Origin: Candidatus Thorarchaeota archaeon
GTDB lineage: Archaea; Asgardarchaeota; Thorarchaeia; Thorarchaeales; Thorarchaeaceae
Length of the DNA: 64,000 nt
Reading direction: 5' to 3'
Assembly (NCBI GenBank): GCA_963726195.1
Contig: CAVSBO010000003.1
Coordinates: forward strand, 736,001-800,000
This document shows, one piece after another, positions 63,670 through 64,000 of the stretch. Numbering within the stretch: position 1 is the stretch's first letter; every line of letters begins with the position of its first letter. The position numbers and the translations under genes are program-made. A model generated the notes under the pieces. It was not told the DNA's origin and did no database searches. It saw only the letters and a list, made by a program, of their open reading frames with translations.

Positions 63670-64000
63670 CTATTTCTCATCTTTCTCGTTCGACGTGCGA
63701 ATGGCATCCCTTACATATGACCCAAAGTCCGAGGTCTCACCATCGCGCTGAACTCGTATCTTGGGTTCCTCCCCTTTCACTTGGCGCTCGATGTACATCA
63801 CGTCGATTTGGGTTACGACTTCCCGAAGCTCTTTGTAGACTATCAGGTAGAGCAGTACCTCTTCGATCTGAGCACCCACAGAGGGCTCTCGAGCTTTCAA
63901 GTCTTGTAGATAGGAATCCGCATCTGACGCTAGGAACCTTTTCAGGAGCTTTACCCGCTCAGCATCAACCTTCTGCTGGTGCTCTCGTATCTCATGGAGC
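63670..64000 (-). CDS. Divergent PDCD5/DUF122-like dsDNA-binding protein, 5' end outside window
   Basis: Open frame ...ERVKLLKRFLASDADSYLQDLKAREPSVGAQIEEVLLYLI...VTQIDVMYIERQVKGEEPKIRVQR resembles the PDCD5 pattern. Confidence 0.5.
   Translation of the reverse strand, partial: LHEIREHQQKVDAERVKLLKRFLASDADSYLQDLKAREPSVGAQIEEVLLYLIVYKELREVVTQIDVMYIERQVKGEEPKIRVQRDGETSDFGSYVRDAIRTSNEKDEK

Noticed and set aside
1-64000. CRISPR arrays, tRNA/rRNA, transposases, integrases, selenocysteine recoding
   Set aside because: No regularly spaced repeats, cloverleaf/T-loop signatures, mobile-element proteins or in-frame TGA at catalytic positions were seen by eye; tRNAscan/Infernal would be needed to exclude them fully

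Overview
This is a gene-dense archaeal chromosomal segment. It most likely comes from an Asgard archaeon (Thorarchaeia-like). That placement is inferred from the eukaryotic-signature proteins (ESCRT-III/Snf7, longin-wHTH, E2F/DP-like wHTH) together with an archaeal histone, PAC2, a class III PRPP synthase and GGAGG/GGTGA ribosome-binding sites with many TTG/GTG starts. About 20 single-base frameshifts interrupt otherwise intact genes, which looks like long-read indel error. Housekeeping and metabolic content: two Glu/Leu/Phe/Val dehydrogenases around a duplicated Lrp-like regulator, prs, udp, suhB, a serB-like HAD, thrC, surE, wecB, PGI/PMI, an Opp/Dpp ABC system with two OppC paralogs, SPFH-NfeD, a PaaK-like ligase, MazG and a COG2403 ligase. 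The most notable items are: (1) an archaeal protein with the E2F/DP RRxYD DNA-binding motif, a coiled coil and a marked-box-like region; (2) an 8-kb HEAT / CDC48-N-vWA / amidohydrolase cluster whose divergent partner gene is a catalytically degenerate fusion of its two neighbours; (3) a GCS2/YbdK ligase fused to a long run of Ig/arrestin-like domains; (4) a ChlI-ChlD-like AAA+/vWA pair split at an A8 run, with a transmembrane hairpin; (5) an unannotated 56-aa histone; (6) a stand-alone ESCRT-III; (7) a divergent presenilin-like protease. No rRNA, tRNA, CRISPR array or mobile element was recognised. All family calls come from motif recognition by eye, with no database searches.
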